DNA of 52,290 nucleotides, from IMG/VR virus record IMGVR_UViG_3300024259_000046, positions 1 to 52,290 of that record; one strand, written 5' to 3'. Every line of letters begins with the position of its first letter. Positions within the stretch are counted from its first letter, which is position 1. The notes beneath the pieces are model-generated. The model made no database searches. It was not told the DNA's origin and was given only the letters and a program-made list of their open reading frames with translations. Positions 24,921 through 35,550 of this stretch are shown one piece after another. Source of the DNA: a virus (lineage: Duplodnaviria > Caudoviricetes). The position numbers and the translations under genes were made by a program.

Positions 24921-25525
24921 TTTTAGCTTGTGAAAATATAGAACAGGAAATGCACAGACGGTGCCACTGTCTTACAGCGTCCGCCATGGTTTTGATGGGC
25001 GCCTCTCAAGCGGCGGCCGGTGGGGCGGCTATAGCGGCCAACATAGCTCTTGTCGGAACCGTGATGTCTACAGTCGGTACGATTCAACAAGGTAAAGCGG
25101 CGGCGGGGCAAGCAAGGTTCCAATCACAGGTAGCGAACAACAACGCAATCGTCGCTCAACAACAGGCTGACAGGGCTGTTCAACAAGCGAAGGTTGACGA
25201 AGATGATTTCAGAAGACAACAAAGCAGACTGCTTGCCAGTCGTAGAGCAGTATTAGGTAACTCCGGAGTTGAAGCCGCGGCTGGTAGCCCACTGCTGGTA
25301 TCAGAAGACTTCGCCGGGGAATCAGAATTGAACGCTTTGCGTATCAGAAACCAAGGCGCGGTAAACGTAAACAGACTGGAACAGAATGTTCTAAACCAAC
25401 AAGCACAATCAGGGCTGTTCGCCAATCAAGCGCAGACAGCGGGACGAAACGCTTTCTTCCGAGCCGGCAGTACACTATTAAGCGGCGCGGGCACAATTTC
25501 AAATATAGCTAGAGGAAGAGCATAA
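24917..25525 (+). CDS. Internal virion (ejection) protein, gp14-like
   Basis: Ala/Gly/Gln-rich, SGVEAAAGSP. Confidence 0.7.
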   Translation: MILACENIEQEMHRRCHCLTASAMVLMGASQAAAGGAAIAANIALVGTVMSTVGTIQQGKAAAGQARFQSQVANNNAIVAQQQADRAVQQAKVDEDDFRRQQSRLLASRRAVLGNSGVEAAAGSPLLVSEDFAGESELNALRIRNQGAVNVNRLEQNVLNQQAQSGLFANQAQTAGRNAFFRAGSTLLSGAGTISNIARGRA

Positions 25526-28041
25526 TGGCACAAGACGGAGCACTATTCAGAGTACCAACAGATTCAGGTAAATCACCTAAGAAAACACAGGTGATCAACG
25601 CTGGTAACGCTGTGCAACGCGTAGCCGGGGCACCGGATGGTAGAAGCGCCAACGTTCAGTTTGCAACTCCACAAGAACAGTTTGGTTCCGGGTTAGAAAT
25701 TCTTACAGATGTAGGAAAACTACTAACGTCTCAAGCCATAGAAATCCAGAACGCTGAAATTAAAAAACAAAAAGCTATCGCGGCCTCAGAAGAAGTAGAA
25801 GTTGACCTTCGAATAAAAGAAGCAGACGCTAAACTGGGGGAACTCGCTGGGCAGGTTGATACAAGAACATTTACTGGTGAGGGGTTATCACCACTTGATA
25901 AATACCGTCAAGACAGTCAGGCGTTGATTGACAAACAACTTCAACAAGCGGAAAAAGAAAACGCATCTGACACATTCAAAACAAGTTTGTCCAACAAGCT
26001 AAAGAGCAAACTTATCACACACAACACGGCAGTAGCTTCTACTCTGCAAGATTTAAAAATCGCTGAGTTCGAAACAATAACAGAAGGTGATTACAACAAC
26101 GCCGCTATCAACAACAAAGACGACATGGTTATGTGGCTACAAAACAACGCCGCTATCCACGAAGAACGCAAACTGGTATTAGGGGAAGCAAAAGCTAACG
26201 CCTTAAAGAAATCTGCCGACGCAGATGCGCTGACTTCTATAGCCAACGCCCGGTTTGCTATTGGGGACTTGGATGGGGCGGAAGAAGCTCTTAATGACTC
26301 ATTCGTAGCCGCGGCTCTGCCTAGGTCCGAAAGGTCTGCGTTCATGAAGAAACTTGCGGAGACCAGATTTAATAAAGCCGTAGCCGCGGAAGTTAAAGCC
26401 AACACAAACGAAGCTGGCTTCTTCAAAACCGGTGGAGACGGGTCTCTTATAGACATAAGAACAAACAAAAAAGTTCCCGGGTCCGAAGACCCCAAAGCCA
26501 GTCGTATAGAACACGCTTCTGGAATATGGGTTAAAAATGAGCAAACTAACAAATGGGATTTGATCGAGGGATCAAAACCGGCTAGTGAGCAAACCGACCA
26601 AGAAAAACGAGACGAAACAAAAAAATTCTTGACTGATAGTGGTGTTCTGTTTACACCTGATCTAGCGTTGAGGCTTGCTAATTTAGAGCCTAAAGAACTT
26701 TCTGCTTTCAGCCAAAGCGTTGCTATCTTAAAAAATATCCAAGACCCGGAGGTGCGGCAGTCTGCGTTAGAAGGACTGGCGTTAGGACTGAAAGTTTCGG
26801 AAACAGAACAGCAAGTACAAACATTAAAAGCTATTCCTTTTACCGACACATGGACACCTGAGATGCTAGAACGCGCGTTAGCCGCCGTAGGGACAGGCGG
26901 GGCTGATATTAGCACACCACAAGAAAAAGGTGAAAATAAGGGGTTAGAGAATATAGCACAAGCTAAAACAGAAAAAGCCGGCGGGCTACCCGGGCTTAAA
27001 GGAGAAGCCGCAGGTCAGCAAGATATAGCAGAAGCGGAAACAAAATCCGCCGCGAAATTCGCTGAACCTTTCGTTGTTGATTCTAAAGCTACGAACTCAA
27101 TTAAAGCGTTGGCTAAAGAATATGTAACATTGGTTAGCCGAAACGGAAACGTTCAACTTATCGACGGGGGAGCGCAACTACTCGGACAGATTGTTAACGA
27201 CGCAGAACAAATCCTATTGGATGGTGACGCTAGCACAATCGGTCAAGCCACGTGGTTAGCCTTTAACAGCCTATCTGACCAACAACGCGCTGGTATGGAG
27301 CGTGTAACCGGATTGAGCCAAGTTAAAGAAATGCTTGGCGTAGCAGACACACCCGGCGAAGAAGCGGATGACGCAACACTCAACTCAGACGCGGTTAATG
27401 TTGAGTTGGATAACGCTAAGGCTATGAGTGATATCGAAAATCTCGGCCTCGAAAATATCGAAGGGTTGAGCATCAGTAACGCCACCGGAATAAAATCAGC
27501 GCTTCGTGCGCTTGCCGGGGCCACAATTGGCCAAGTGTTTGAAGGGGCGGAAAACAGAGAAGTTACTAAATCCAGACTTATGTTGTCTCTTATCGCTCGT
27601 GACGTTGTTCGGATGATTTCTCTTAGCCCACGTTTCGCGGTTAAAGAGCAAGAATTGATTCAAAGCATGTTCCCCGGTCCGGAAATATTCAACTCCCCAA
27701 GACAGGCTCTGAACAAAATTAGAACAATGCAAAGTGTTATTGATTCTAAACTTAAGAAAATCATGTTGGACCTTGGCAGACAACCGGCGTTCGATAAGGA
27801 GTCTGAACTGGTCGGGGAAGCTAGCCAGCTTATAGAAATAAAGGGGCGAATGAATATGTTTACGTTCGACCTTATTCCTATCGGAGACGTTAAAAACGCT
27901 AAGGATGTTACTAAGTTGGGCGTAGAAAGATCACAGAAATTCTGGAACTCTTTGTCAGCCGTAGAGAAAAAGAACTTACCGCGATCAGCTAAAGAAGCAA
28001 TATTTCTTAACAAGCAGAAACAAAACAAGAAACGTAAATAA
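25525..28041 (+). CDS. Internal virion (ejection) protein
   Basis: 838-aa helical protein in the gp15 position. Confidence 0.65.
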   Translation: MAQDGALFRVPTDSGKSPKKTQVINAGNAVQRVAGAPDGRSANVQFATPQEQFGSGLEILTDVGKLLTSQAIEIQNAEIKKQKAIAASEEVEVDLRIKEADAKLGELAGQVDTRTFTGEGLSPLDKYRQDSQALIDKQLQQAEKENASDTFKTSLSNKLKSKLITHNTAVASTLQDLKIAEFETITEGDYNNAAINNKDDMVMWLQNNAAIHEERKLVLGEAKANALKKSADADALTSIANARFAIGDLDGAEEALNDSFVAAALPRSERSAFMKKLAETRFNKAVAAEVKANTNEAGFFKTGGDGSLIDIRTNKKVPGSEDPKASRIEHASGIWVKNEQTNKWDLIEGSKPASEQTDQEKRDETKKFLTDSGVLFTPDLALRLANLEPKELSAFSQSVAILKNIQDPEVRQSALEGLALGLKVSETEQQVQTLKAIPFTDTWTPEMLERALAAVGTGGADISTPQEKGENKGLENIAQAKTEKAGGLPGLKGEAAGQQDIAEAETKSAAKFAEPFVVDSKATNSIKALAKEYVTLVSRNGNVQLIDGGAQLLGQIVNDAEQILLDGDASTIGQATWLAFNSLSDQQRAGMERVTGLSQVKEMLGVADTPGEEADDATLNSDAVNVELDNAKAMSDIENLGLENIEGLSISNATGIKSALRALAGATIGQVFEGAENREVTKSRLMLSLIARDVVRMISLSPRFAVKEQELIQSMFPGPEIFNSPRQALNKIRTMQSVIDSKLKKIMLDLGRQPAFDKESELVGEASQLIEIKGRMNMFTFDLIPIGDVKNAKDVTKLGVERSQKFWNSLSAVEKKNLPRSAKEAIFLNKQKQNKKRK

Positions 28042-31000
28042 TGGCAACTAAACTACCCGGAAAGAAAAAGACAAAACGTATTTCTCCGGATATTCTACAT
28101 AAAGCGGGCGTAAGAACCTTCGAAGAAGCTATACCCGAATCGGGTGTGGACCAGCAAAGTGTTGAGTTTTTCAATGAAGAAGTAGCACAGGATATTGAAA
28201 AACCCAAAACTAAGTCTGACGTCAAAGCTATGTCTGATGAGGAACTTAACGCCGCGTTAGACCAACAGCAGTCTCCTATTGTTACACATGCAGATGCGCC
28301 GTCAGGGCCAATCGGGCCGGAGGATCAATTCACGGACCCACACATAGGCGGGTCTACTACGCTGTCTCAAGTGTCAGACGAACAATTAGACAGCATGCTG
28401 AACGAGCAACAAGCTCAAGGTATGACTACGCGTAAGGCGCTACAAACTATCAACGCCGGTATTGCTGACATTCTTGATCTGCCGGGTGACGTAGCCGCGG
28501 GGGTAACTAACATGATTGGTGGTTTACTGGGTATGGAAGAAATTCCATCCGGGGGTATCCGTCAATTGATGGAATTAGTGGATTCACAATTAGGAATATC
28601 ACTCACGCTACCGGAAAATGAATTACCACAGGGGCCTGTTGCCGACGCTTTTAGATTTTTAGGGCAAAGTATTGGGCTACTACCTGTAGCGGGGCTATTA
28701 CCTAGAATCCCAGCGCAGACAGCCGTACCCGTAAAGCCAAGTACTATGACAGGTAAGATAGTTGAAAAAGTAATACCAAAAGGGGCCTTAAAACAAACAG
28801 GTCGATTCATTGGTCAATCTGCTGTTGACGCTCCCGTTGGTTTCGCGGTGACAGAAGCGGCGTCAGGATTTGGAGCGGGTCTTTTATTCGGGGAATCTAA
28901 AGAGCACACGGACGACCCCAGCATGCAGTTCCTTGCTGGTGTTACAGGTGGGCTAATGCCTTCTATATCTATGCAAATATTAAAAGGGTTTGGGTTTATG
29001 GGGTTCAGGCTGTTGAACGACGCCAGAATGTCATTAACAAAATCCAAAGGTGACCCAAGAGCGGCCGACAGGTTAAACAGAGAACTAATACATGACGACG
29101 AAGTTGTTAGTTTCAAAGACGAAGATGTTCTAGAAGAATTTCTTAAGTTTGAATCTCCCGCTCAATCAACTGGGAACAAAGCGCTTCTATCTATAGAAAG
29201 AGCCATCTTAGAATCAGACGACGTTTCTATGGCGGTTAAGGCAGAAGGTGACACTCGGCTAGCGGAACTCAACAACGTTATTATCAGGTCATTAAATACT
29301 GACACAGGAGAGCCGGGTGATTTTGTTGCGACGTTAGAACAACTACGAGCGCAACAGGGTTACATGAAAACGATGTGGAAAGCTAGAATCGACATAGCAC
29401 AGAAGAGAGCTAAACTCCGTATAAAAGAAGTGGGCCCAAAAATAAACAAAGAAGCATCTCAAAAAATTGTTAACGAAGAAATCCAATCCGCTCTCAAAGA
29501 CGCGGTGGAAACTCAAAAACAATTGTGGGCCCGTTCTCCGAACCCAAAAACGTCCGCGGTATCTTTAAAACAGGCGTGGCGAAAACTTATATCAGATAGA
29601 ACGCGCGTGACGAGTAAGGGTGATTTACGTTTTTCAGACTCGTCAGCGGATGATCTGATAAAAGAGTTGGGGCATATGGACTATAGTGGCGGGGGAGAAA
29701 CTGGGGTGTTTGTTCCCGGTAGAATGCCGGATGAGGTGTCCGTGAAATTCCTGCAAGATTTAAGATCACGTATACTGGATGACATCAGAAAAAAACAGGC
29801 TACAGAACCTTCAAGCAACAAGAAACGAATTTTTCATGAGCTACAAAACACTATTCTAGGAATTTTTAAAAATCTCGAAAGCGATATTATAAAACTGAAC
29901 CCAGACGGTACTTTCACACCACCTGATCAGCGGCTATTGAATGCCATTAATTTCACAAGAGAAATGAACCAGAACTTTAATCAGGGCCCGCTGGCACCAG
30001 TTCTTAAAAAGAACACCCAAGGAGGGTATGTTGTAGAACCCACTATGACACTAAACGTACTTATGGGCAAAGGTTTATCCGTCGAACAAAGAACCGCTAA
30101 CATGAGGGCATTAAAAACAGCTATCACCAGAGAAACAAAAGCGGCCGATGCCGCTAAACGCCTCGGCGTAGAAAATGACGCAGACAGTTTTAGACCAACT
30201 ACGGAAGCCGTGCAAGCATACATCAAACACACTTTTGTAGAAGATATGGTAGACCCAAATGGCCGCATCATGGTCGATAAAGCTAACGCATGGTTTAAAG
30301 AAAACCGGGAGTTCTTCAAGCTATTCGACTCAAGTTTCAAAAAGCAATTCAGAGACGCTATAGATGCAGACGCCCCACTGTCTTTGGTGGAGGATCAATC
30401 AACCACTATCAAAGGAATAATGAACAACAAGGAACGTGCGTCTGCTGTCAGATTCATAGAACAAGACCCCATAAAGATTTTTGATGATGTTATAGGAAGT
30501 TTCAACGCAGATTTTGTCAGAAAAGATATGAATATATTAGTCCGTAAGGTCAAACGGGATAAATCTGGTGAAGCCCTGAAAGGCTTTCAGCAATCAGTAT
30601 TTGACTGGATTCTAGAGAGGTCTATTTTAACCGGAGAAAAAGGCCTAGACGGGCACGATAAAGCATTTGTTTCTGGTTTCAAAATGACTGAATTCTTGAA
30701 ACAGAAGCAGGTCCGTGCTATAATAGAGACTGTACTCTCACCAGAACAACAAAATAGATTAACACTGGCTCACAACTCTGCTAAAAAGCTAGACGCTTTC
30801 CGTAGAACGGGGGCTTCCGCCGAAGGAATTATAGCCGATAGCCCGGCTTGGATTCTGGATTTCATCGGGCGAGTTGGTGGGGCGCAAGTTGGTAGACAAG
30901 TAGCCGGTAAACTGGGCGGCGGTACTGTTCAAACACCGGGGGCTTTCGCCAGTAGATCAACAGTTTTGCTTAGGGCTCTTGTTAAAGACCACGCGAAAAA

Positions 31001-31163
31001 CGCTTTAATAGAAGCATTTACAGCGGATAGCCCAGACAGGTTGCGGGCTCTTCTTATGATAGCCAGAACACCGGCGGAGCAAGCTTTCCAAACACAACAA
31101 TTAGACGCGTGGTTCGTAGAACTGCTCATGAGATATAATATAGACCCGGAGAACCAAGAATGA
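28041..31163 (+). CDS. Large internal virion (ejection) protein
   Basis: 1040 aa, hydrophobic Gly/Ala segments, gp16 position. Confidence 0.65.
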   Translation: MATKLPGKKKTKRISPDILHKAGVRTFEEAIPESGVDQQSVEFFNEEVAQDIEKPKTKSDVKAMSDEELNAALDQQQSPIVTHADAPSGPIGPEDQFTDPHIGGSTTLSQVSDEQLDSMLNEQQAQGMTTRKALQTINAGIADILDLPGDVAAGVTNMIGGLLGMEEIPSGGIRQLMELVDSQLGISLTLPENELPQGPVADAFRFLGQSIGLLPVAGLLPRIPAQTAVPVKPSTMTGKIVEKVIPKGALKQTGRFIGQSAVDAPVGFAVTEAASGFGAGLLFGESKEHTDDPSMQFLAGVTGGLMPSISMQILKGFGFMGFRLLNDARMSLTKSKGDPRAADRLNRELIHDDEVVSFKDEDVLEEFLKFESPAQSTGNKALLSIERAILESDDVSMAVKAEGDTRLAELNNVIIRSLNTDTGEPGDFVATLEQLRAQQGYMKTMWKARIDIAQKRAKLRIKEVGPKINKEASQKIVNEEIQSALKDAVETQKQLWARSPNPKTSAVSLKQAWRKLISDRTRVTSKGDLRFSDSSADDLIKELGHMDYSGGGETGVFVPGRMPDEVSVKFLQDLRSRILDDIRKKQATEPSSNKKRIFHELQNTILGIFKNLESDIIKLNPDGTFTPPDQRLLNAINFTREMNQNFNQGPLAPVLKKNTQGGYVVEPTMTLNVLMGKGLSVEQRTANMRALKTAITRETKAADAAKRLGVENDADSFRPTTEAVQAYIKHTFVEDMVDPNGRIMVDKANAWFKENREFFKLFDSSFKKQFRDAIDADAPLSLVEDQSTTIKGIMNNKERASAVRFIEQDPIKIFDDVIGSFNADFVRKDMNILVRKVKRDKSGEALKGFQQSVFDWILERSILTGEKGLDGHDKAFVSGFKMTEFLKQKQVRAIIETVLSPEQQNRLTLAHNSAKKLDAFRRTGASAEGIIADSPAWILDFIGRVGGAQVGRQVAGKLGGGTVQTPGAFASRSTVLLRALVKDHAKNALIEAFTADSPDRLRALLMIARTPAEQAFQTQQLDAWFVELLMRYNIDPENQE

Positions 31164-33604
31164 CACTTACAGCAACTACCAATAAAGTCGCATATGCGGG
31201 GGACGGCGCTACAGTCTCATTCCCGGTAACCTTCATATACTGGGACGATACCGGGGTCAAGGTTATATTATCCAACGACACCACGGGGGTAGAAACTACG
31301 TGGGTGGACGGAACGGAATACACGCTCTCAGGGGGCGATGGGGCTACAGGTACATTAACAGTTGATACCTCACCTACCGACTATACGCCGGCCAGTGGGG
31401 AAACGCTGACAATCAAGAGTAACGAGCCAGATACGCAGACCACTTCCCTACCGTTGGGGGGTTCTCTACCTTCAACGTCTGTTGAAGAACGTCTGGACAA
31501 GAGCGTACGGCTAACTCAACAATTACAAGAAGAATTAGATAGAACTATCCAGTTTCCGGAGAGCTCGACTACGACCGGCGTTTCTATTGAAGACTTGACG
31601 GCTCTAGAGCTTCTCAGAGTTGATTCTGCGGGTACAGGCATAGAAGGGGTGTCTCTAACGGACCTTTCATTAGGGCTAGGTACGGCAACCAAGTGGAGTT
31701 TTGATTCTTCTACAACAATGGCAGACCCCGGGACAGGGGATATAAGGCTGAATAATGCCACTCTCGCCAGTGTGACGCAGATCGCCGTAGACGCGCTTTC
31801 AGCACAATCAGGTAACCCAGACATTTCAGACTGGGTAGCGACGTGGGATGACAGCAATTCAGCGGTTCGTGGTTATATCATGATCCACGAGGACGGTACG
31901 CCGTCAAATTTCTGGGTTGGGTATGTAAACGGGGCCATTACAGACAACACCGGTTGGCTACAGATTCCTGTTACTCATGTTGATTCTGGGGGGTCATTTG
32001 CGGCCTCTGACAGCCTTGTAGTTGGGTTCTCGCGAACAGGGGACGCCTCAACACAAGGCGTATCATTGCTATGGGATTCTGACACAACTGACGCCGACAG
32101 CGGAGCCGGTAAAGTTTGGTTCAATAATGCTACTTTAGCTTCTGTAACAACTGTTTATGTTGATGACGTTGACACTAACTCCGTCAACATTAATACATTT
32201 GTCGATTCGTTCGACGACGGTGGGAGCACTATTACGGGTAGTATTCTCGTTATCAAGAAAGGGGATTCTTCTGTATATGCGTTGTATGACGTAACAGGAG
32301 CCGTAACAAGCGCCTCAACATATTCTAAAGTAGCGGTTACACACGTTCAATCAAACGGTACATTTACAGACGCCGACCCCGTGGATATGGTCTTCACACG
32401 GGCGGGCGATAAAGGTGATACTGGATCAACCGGGTCAACTGGAGCAACCGGAGCAACCGGTTCCAGTGCGGGAGGTTTACACTATCAATTTGAAACATCA
32501 ATTACCGACGCTGATCAAGGCGCCGGGAAACTGTGGTTAAATAATGGCACTGTTGGCTCTGCTACCGTTTTGTATTTAGACGACGACGATAACGATGGGG
32601 TGGATGTATCTGCATTTACGGCAACGTGGGATGATTCTACGCACACGGCGTTACGCGGGTATATAAGATTCCAAGCGCGAGACACTTCCACTGACTGGGC
32701 GCTGTTCAGCATAACGGGTGCGACAACAGACGCAACAGCTTACCAAAAATTCGCGGTTACCCACATAGCTAGTGCTGGTACATTTTCCGATACCGAAGTC
32801 TTGGACGTATATTTCTCTCGGACAGGGGATGATGGGACAGGCGCTTTAGATAATATCGTTGAAGACACCACACCGCAACTTGGTGGAGCTCTTGATACAA
32901 ATAGCTTTGCGATCAATGAGAGTGAGGGCGCGGCTGTTGCCTCCGCCACAACCACAGATATTTTCGGGGGGAATGACGGGAATACTCTACACATAACTGG
33001 GACTACTACCATAACAGATTTTACTGACGCATCTAGTGTTGGCCAGTGGCGAAAAATAATTTTTGATGGGGTGCTAACGCTAACTCACGGTAGTGGTATA
33101 ACGCTCCCCGGTTCCTCTAATATAACTACGGCGGCGGGGGATTATGCTTTCGTGTATGCTGATACGGTAAGCGCGTTCACAGTCCTTTATTTTAAGGCTG
33201 ATGGCACCGCGCTCGTAGCATCGGCGGCTTACACAGGCCCAACATTTGGCTACGATTCAGGCAGTCATGATATGACCACAAATGGAACGCTGACACTTAA
33301 CTCTATGGGCATTACCCCAGATATTATTTGGGTAGTGGCAGGAACAAGTGGTAGTTCAAACCAAAACCTACATACAATCTGGTGGGACTTTACAACTAAC
33401 GTAGCCTACTGGCAATGTAGAACTAATCCGGGCGTTATGAATAGACACGCATCTGGTACTGGTAAATTTAGGATGTATTCAACGGCATCGGAATATGACA
33501 CCGTAACAATGGCTCAAGTGGCTGGCGGTGTTTCATTCACGTTTGTAGAAAATAGTGCTTCAAGTGCGGTGGCTAGTATTGACTGTCACGGATTTGCATG
33601 GTAA
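31160..33604 (+). CDS. Tail fibre protein
   Basis: gp17-like N-terminus (YAGDGATVSFPVTF, EERLDK...QQLQEELDR), three tandem domains, collagen-like GXT run. Confidence 0.85.
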   Translation: MTLTATTNKVAYAGDGATVSFPVTFIYWDDTGVKVILSNDTTGVETTWVDGTEYTLSGGDGATGTLTVDTSPTDYTPASGETLTIKSNEPDTQTTSLPLGGSLPSTSVEERLDKSVRLTQQLQEELDRTIQFPESSTTTGVSIEDLTALELLRVDSAGTGIEGVSLTDLSLGLGTATKWSFDSSTTMADPGTGDIRLNNATLASVTQIAVDALSAQSGNPDISDWVATWDDSNSAVRGYIMIHEDGTPSNFWVGYVNGAITDNTGWLQIPVTHVDSGGSFAASDSLVVGFSRTGDASTQGVSLLWDSDTTDADSGAGKVWFNNATLASVTTVYVDDVDTNSVNINTFVDSFDDGGSTITGSILVIKKGDSSVYALYDVTGAVTSASTYSKVAVTHVQSNGTFTDADPVDMVFTRAGDKGDTGSTGSTGATGATGSSAGGLHYQFETSITDADQGAGKLWLNNGTVGSATVLYLDDDDNDGVDVSAFTATWDDSTHTALRGYIRFQARDTSTDWALFSITGATTDATAYQKFAVTHIASAGTFSDTEVLDVYFSRTGDDGTGALDNIVEDTTPQLGGALDTNSFAINESEGAAVASATTTDIFGGNDGNTLHITGTTTITDFTDASSVGQWRKIIFDGVLTLTHGSGITLPGSSNITTAAGDYAFVYADTVSAFTVLYFKADGTALVASAAYTGPTFGYDSGSHDMTTNGTLTLNSMGITPDIIWVVAGTSGSSNQNLHTIWWDFTTNVAYWQCRTNPGVMNRHASGTGKFRMYSTASEYDTVTMAQVAGGVSFTFVENSASSAVASIDCHGFAW

Positions 33605-33614
33605 GGAGATAAAA

Positions 33615-34076
33615 ATGATTTATTGCAAGGAAATTCTGACAGGGAAAATAATCCAAGTCAGAAAAGAAGATGGGGACAATGTTGACGCATTGGCTACCGC
33701 TTTGGCAGATGGCCTCACCTGCAAGAACAAAGCTCAGGGGCGAAACTTTATTGAGTCTGAGCTGGAAATCGGGATTGACACGCAGGACAGTATTGATGCC
33801 CAAAGGTTAGTCACGGCATTGTCTGTTGATATTGCCTTTGGTATGTTTGAGGACAGGTTCACAACTCAAGAGTGGGATGATGCCACGGATTATGTCTATG
33901 AAAACGACACCACAACAGGCAATCCAAAGCGCAGGGCCTTAGTTCAAGGCTTGGCTAGGGCTATGTCGCGGGGCGTTGTTGACTTAAAACACGCCAAGAC
34001 AATTGCCTTTATGGATGCTCTGGTTGCTGGCGCAATTATAACCCAAGCGCGAATGAATATTATTTTAACACCATAA
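33615..34076 (+). CDS. Tail fibre-associated / assembly protein
   Basis: AAGGAG RBS; C-terminal ITQARMNIIL motif, after the fibre. Confidence 0.6.
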   Translation: MIYCKEILTGKIIQVRKEDGDNVDALATALADGLTCKNKAQGRNFIESELEIGIDTQDSIDAQRLVTALSVDIAFGMFEDRFTTQEWDDATDYVYENDTTTGNPKRRALVQGLARAMSRGVVDLKHAKTIAFMDALVAGAIITQARMNIILTP

Positions 34077-34358
34077 ATGGAATCTCTCATCAACGTTGTT
34101 ATTTCTAATTTAGCCCCGTGGGCCATTTTTGTTTTGGTCGCGGTGAAACTATATCTTGATTATCTAGGCAAGAAAAAGGAACGAATTGGCGGAAAAGACC
34201 CGAAGGACTTAACCCGGGAGATGATCAGTCAGATTCACAGTTGGCATTTTGACAAGGACGTCACAGGGAACCTCTTACCACGCTCGCAACCCTGCCAGTG
34301 CAGACATGAATTAAAAGAAATCAAAGAGCTTATTGCGGAGGTTAAGAATGCTACTTGA
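34077..34358 (+). CDS. Single-TM membrane protein (holin/antiholin candidate)
   Basis: N-terminal TM helix, lysis region. Confidence 0.45.
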   Translation: MESLINVVISNLAPWAIFVLVAVKLYLDYLGKKKERIGGKDPKDLTREMISQIHSWHFDKDVTGNLLPRSQPCQCRHELKEIKELIAEVKNAT

Positions 34359-34421
34359 ACTAGCTTTGTGCACGTTTGCGTTGCTTTACATATTTAATCA
34401 AGCCTAAAACAGGAGGTAAAA

Positions 34422-34514
34422 ATGGACAATTTTTGTAAGTGGGTTTGCAGTGGGAAGTACTACATTCTAGCATTCCTAGCTATGTCAGGAATGTTTTGCA
34501 TGTTCATGAGGTAA
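34422..34514 (+). CDS. 30-aa hydrophobic peptide
   Basis: AGGAGG RBS; MDNFCKWVCSGKYYILAFLAMSGMFCMFMR. Confidence 0.55.
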   Translation: MDNFCKWVCSGKYYILAFLAMSGMFCMFMR

Positions 34515-34573
34515 ACGAATCGGGGTAGTAGTGTTACGGGTACGCCTTGCCCTTCCTGCATTACGACTCCACT

Positions 34574-34603
34574 GGCCGTACGGTTCGCCGTACGGCCTTT
34601 TTT
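34574..34603 (+). terminator. Intrinsic terminator ending the late operon
   Basis: GGCCGTACGG-TTCG-CCGTACGGCC-TTTTTT. Confidence 0.9.
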
Positions 34604-34616
34604 CTTTGAGGCGATT

Positions 34617-34937
34617 ATGACTAAAACAGACGTAAAGAAATTTCTTAAAACGCTTGACAAGCTCGACATCATTAGGGTAGAGTGGGTTGATGCCGAGAAA
34701 GACGACGGCGGGTGGCTCAGTTTAGAGGAAGCCATACCAAAAAACCAGAAGTACGTCACGGCGGTCACAGTGGGATTCTACATCGGGCACAGCAAAGAAC
34801 TGTTGCGATGTACGTCCGACTATGATAAAAGTAATAATAAGATTTACGGTACGAACGATATTCAACTGTCAAACGTAAAGGAAATAAGGCGATTAGAACT
34901 TACCAAATCATCTTCATCGAATGCCTCGCCTCAATAA
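34617..34937 (+). CDS. Conserved phage hypothetical protein
   Basis: VEWVDA...GW...TVGF motif. Confidence 0.7.
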   Translation: MTKTDVKKFLKTLDKLDIIRVEWVDAEKDDGGWLSLEEAIPKNQKYVTAVTVGFYIGHSKELLRCTSDYDKSNNKIYGTNDIQLSNVKEIRRLELTKSSSSNASPQ

Positions 34938-35116
34938 CCACACTATGGAGTATCTTCCTATTCACACACGACATAATTTTCCACGGTGCAGTGGCCGGGG
35001 CAGTCAGCGGTGTGTTCTGGTTTGGCACGATCTTTGCACGGAAAGCGTGGGGGCTACTACTGGTAGAAATACCGGCGGTAACATTATACATTCTTAGAGT
35101 ACTGGAGGGGCAATGA
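34892..35116 (+). CDS. 74-aa three-TM membrane protein with probable AUU start (holin candidate)
   Basis: No ATG/GTG/TTG between the in-frame stop at 34838 and ATT 34892; AGGAAATAAGGCG before ATT; TGA overlaps the endolysin ATG. Confidence 0.55.
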   Translation: MRTYQIIFIECLASITTLWSIFLFTHDIIFHGAVAGAVSGVFWFGTIFARKAWGLLLVEIPAVTLYILRVLEGQ

Positions 35117-35550
35117 GGGAAATAAAAAAGATTATAGTTCACTGTTCTGATTCCGACTGGGGGACAGTTAAGGACATAGACAAGTGGCACAACGAACGTG
35201 GATGGGATGGGTGTGGTTATCATTATGTAATAACCAACGGGGTTCAGTGGTCAGGATATAAATATGCGGCTAAGGATGATGGTATCATACAGATTGGCAG
35301 ACCAGAAGAGAAGACTGGGGCCCACGTTAGGGGTCACAACTCAGATAGTATAGGTATATGTGTTATTGGTAAACACCACTTCACTGGTAAGCAGATGTAT
35401 GACTCCCTGCCCAACTTGTTGCGTATGATGATGTTCAAATACAGCTTGACAACAGAGGACATTTATGGGCATTATCAATTCGACCCGGGCAAGACCTGCC
35501 CGAATTTTGATATCGACACCATCAAAGAATTACTCAAAGTGGAGGAGTGA
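35113..35550 (+). CDS. N-acetylmuramoyl-L-alanine amidase endolysin (T7 gp3.5-like)
   Basis: IIVHCS, GYHYVI, GAHVRGHNSDSIGIC, GH...KTCP. Confidence 0.93.
   Translation: MREIKKIIVHCSDSDWGTVKDIDKWHNERGWDGCGYHYVITNGVQWSGYKYAAKDDGIIQIGRPEEKTGAHVRGHNSDSIGICVIGKHHFTGKQMYDSLPNLLRMMMFKYSLTTEDIYGHYQFDPGKTCPNFDIDTIKELLKVEE

Noticed and set aside
23139-26915. Long antisense ORFs in structural genes (e.g. 219 aa and 274 aa)
   Set aside because: Same-phase shadows of strongly coding plus-strand genes, with no motifs or RBS
31160-34076. BPP-1-like diversity-generating retroelement on the tail fibre
   Set aside because: No reverse transcriptase and no TR/VR repeat pair are visible
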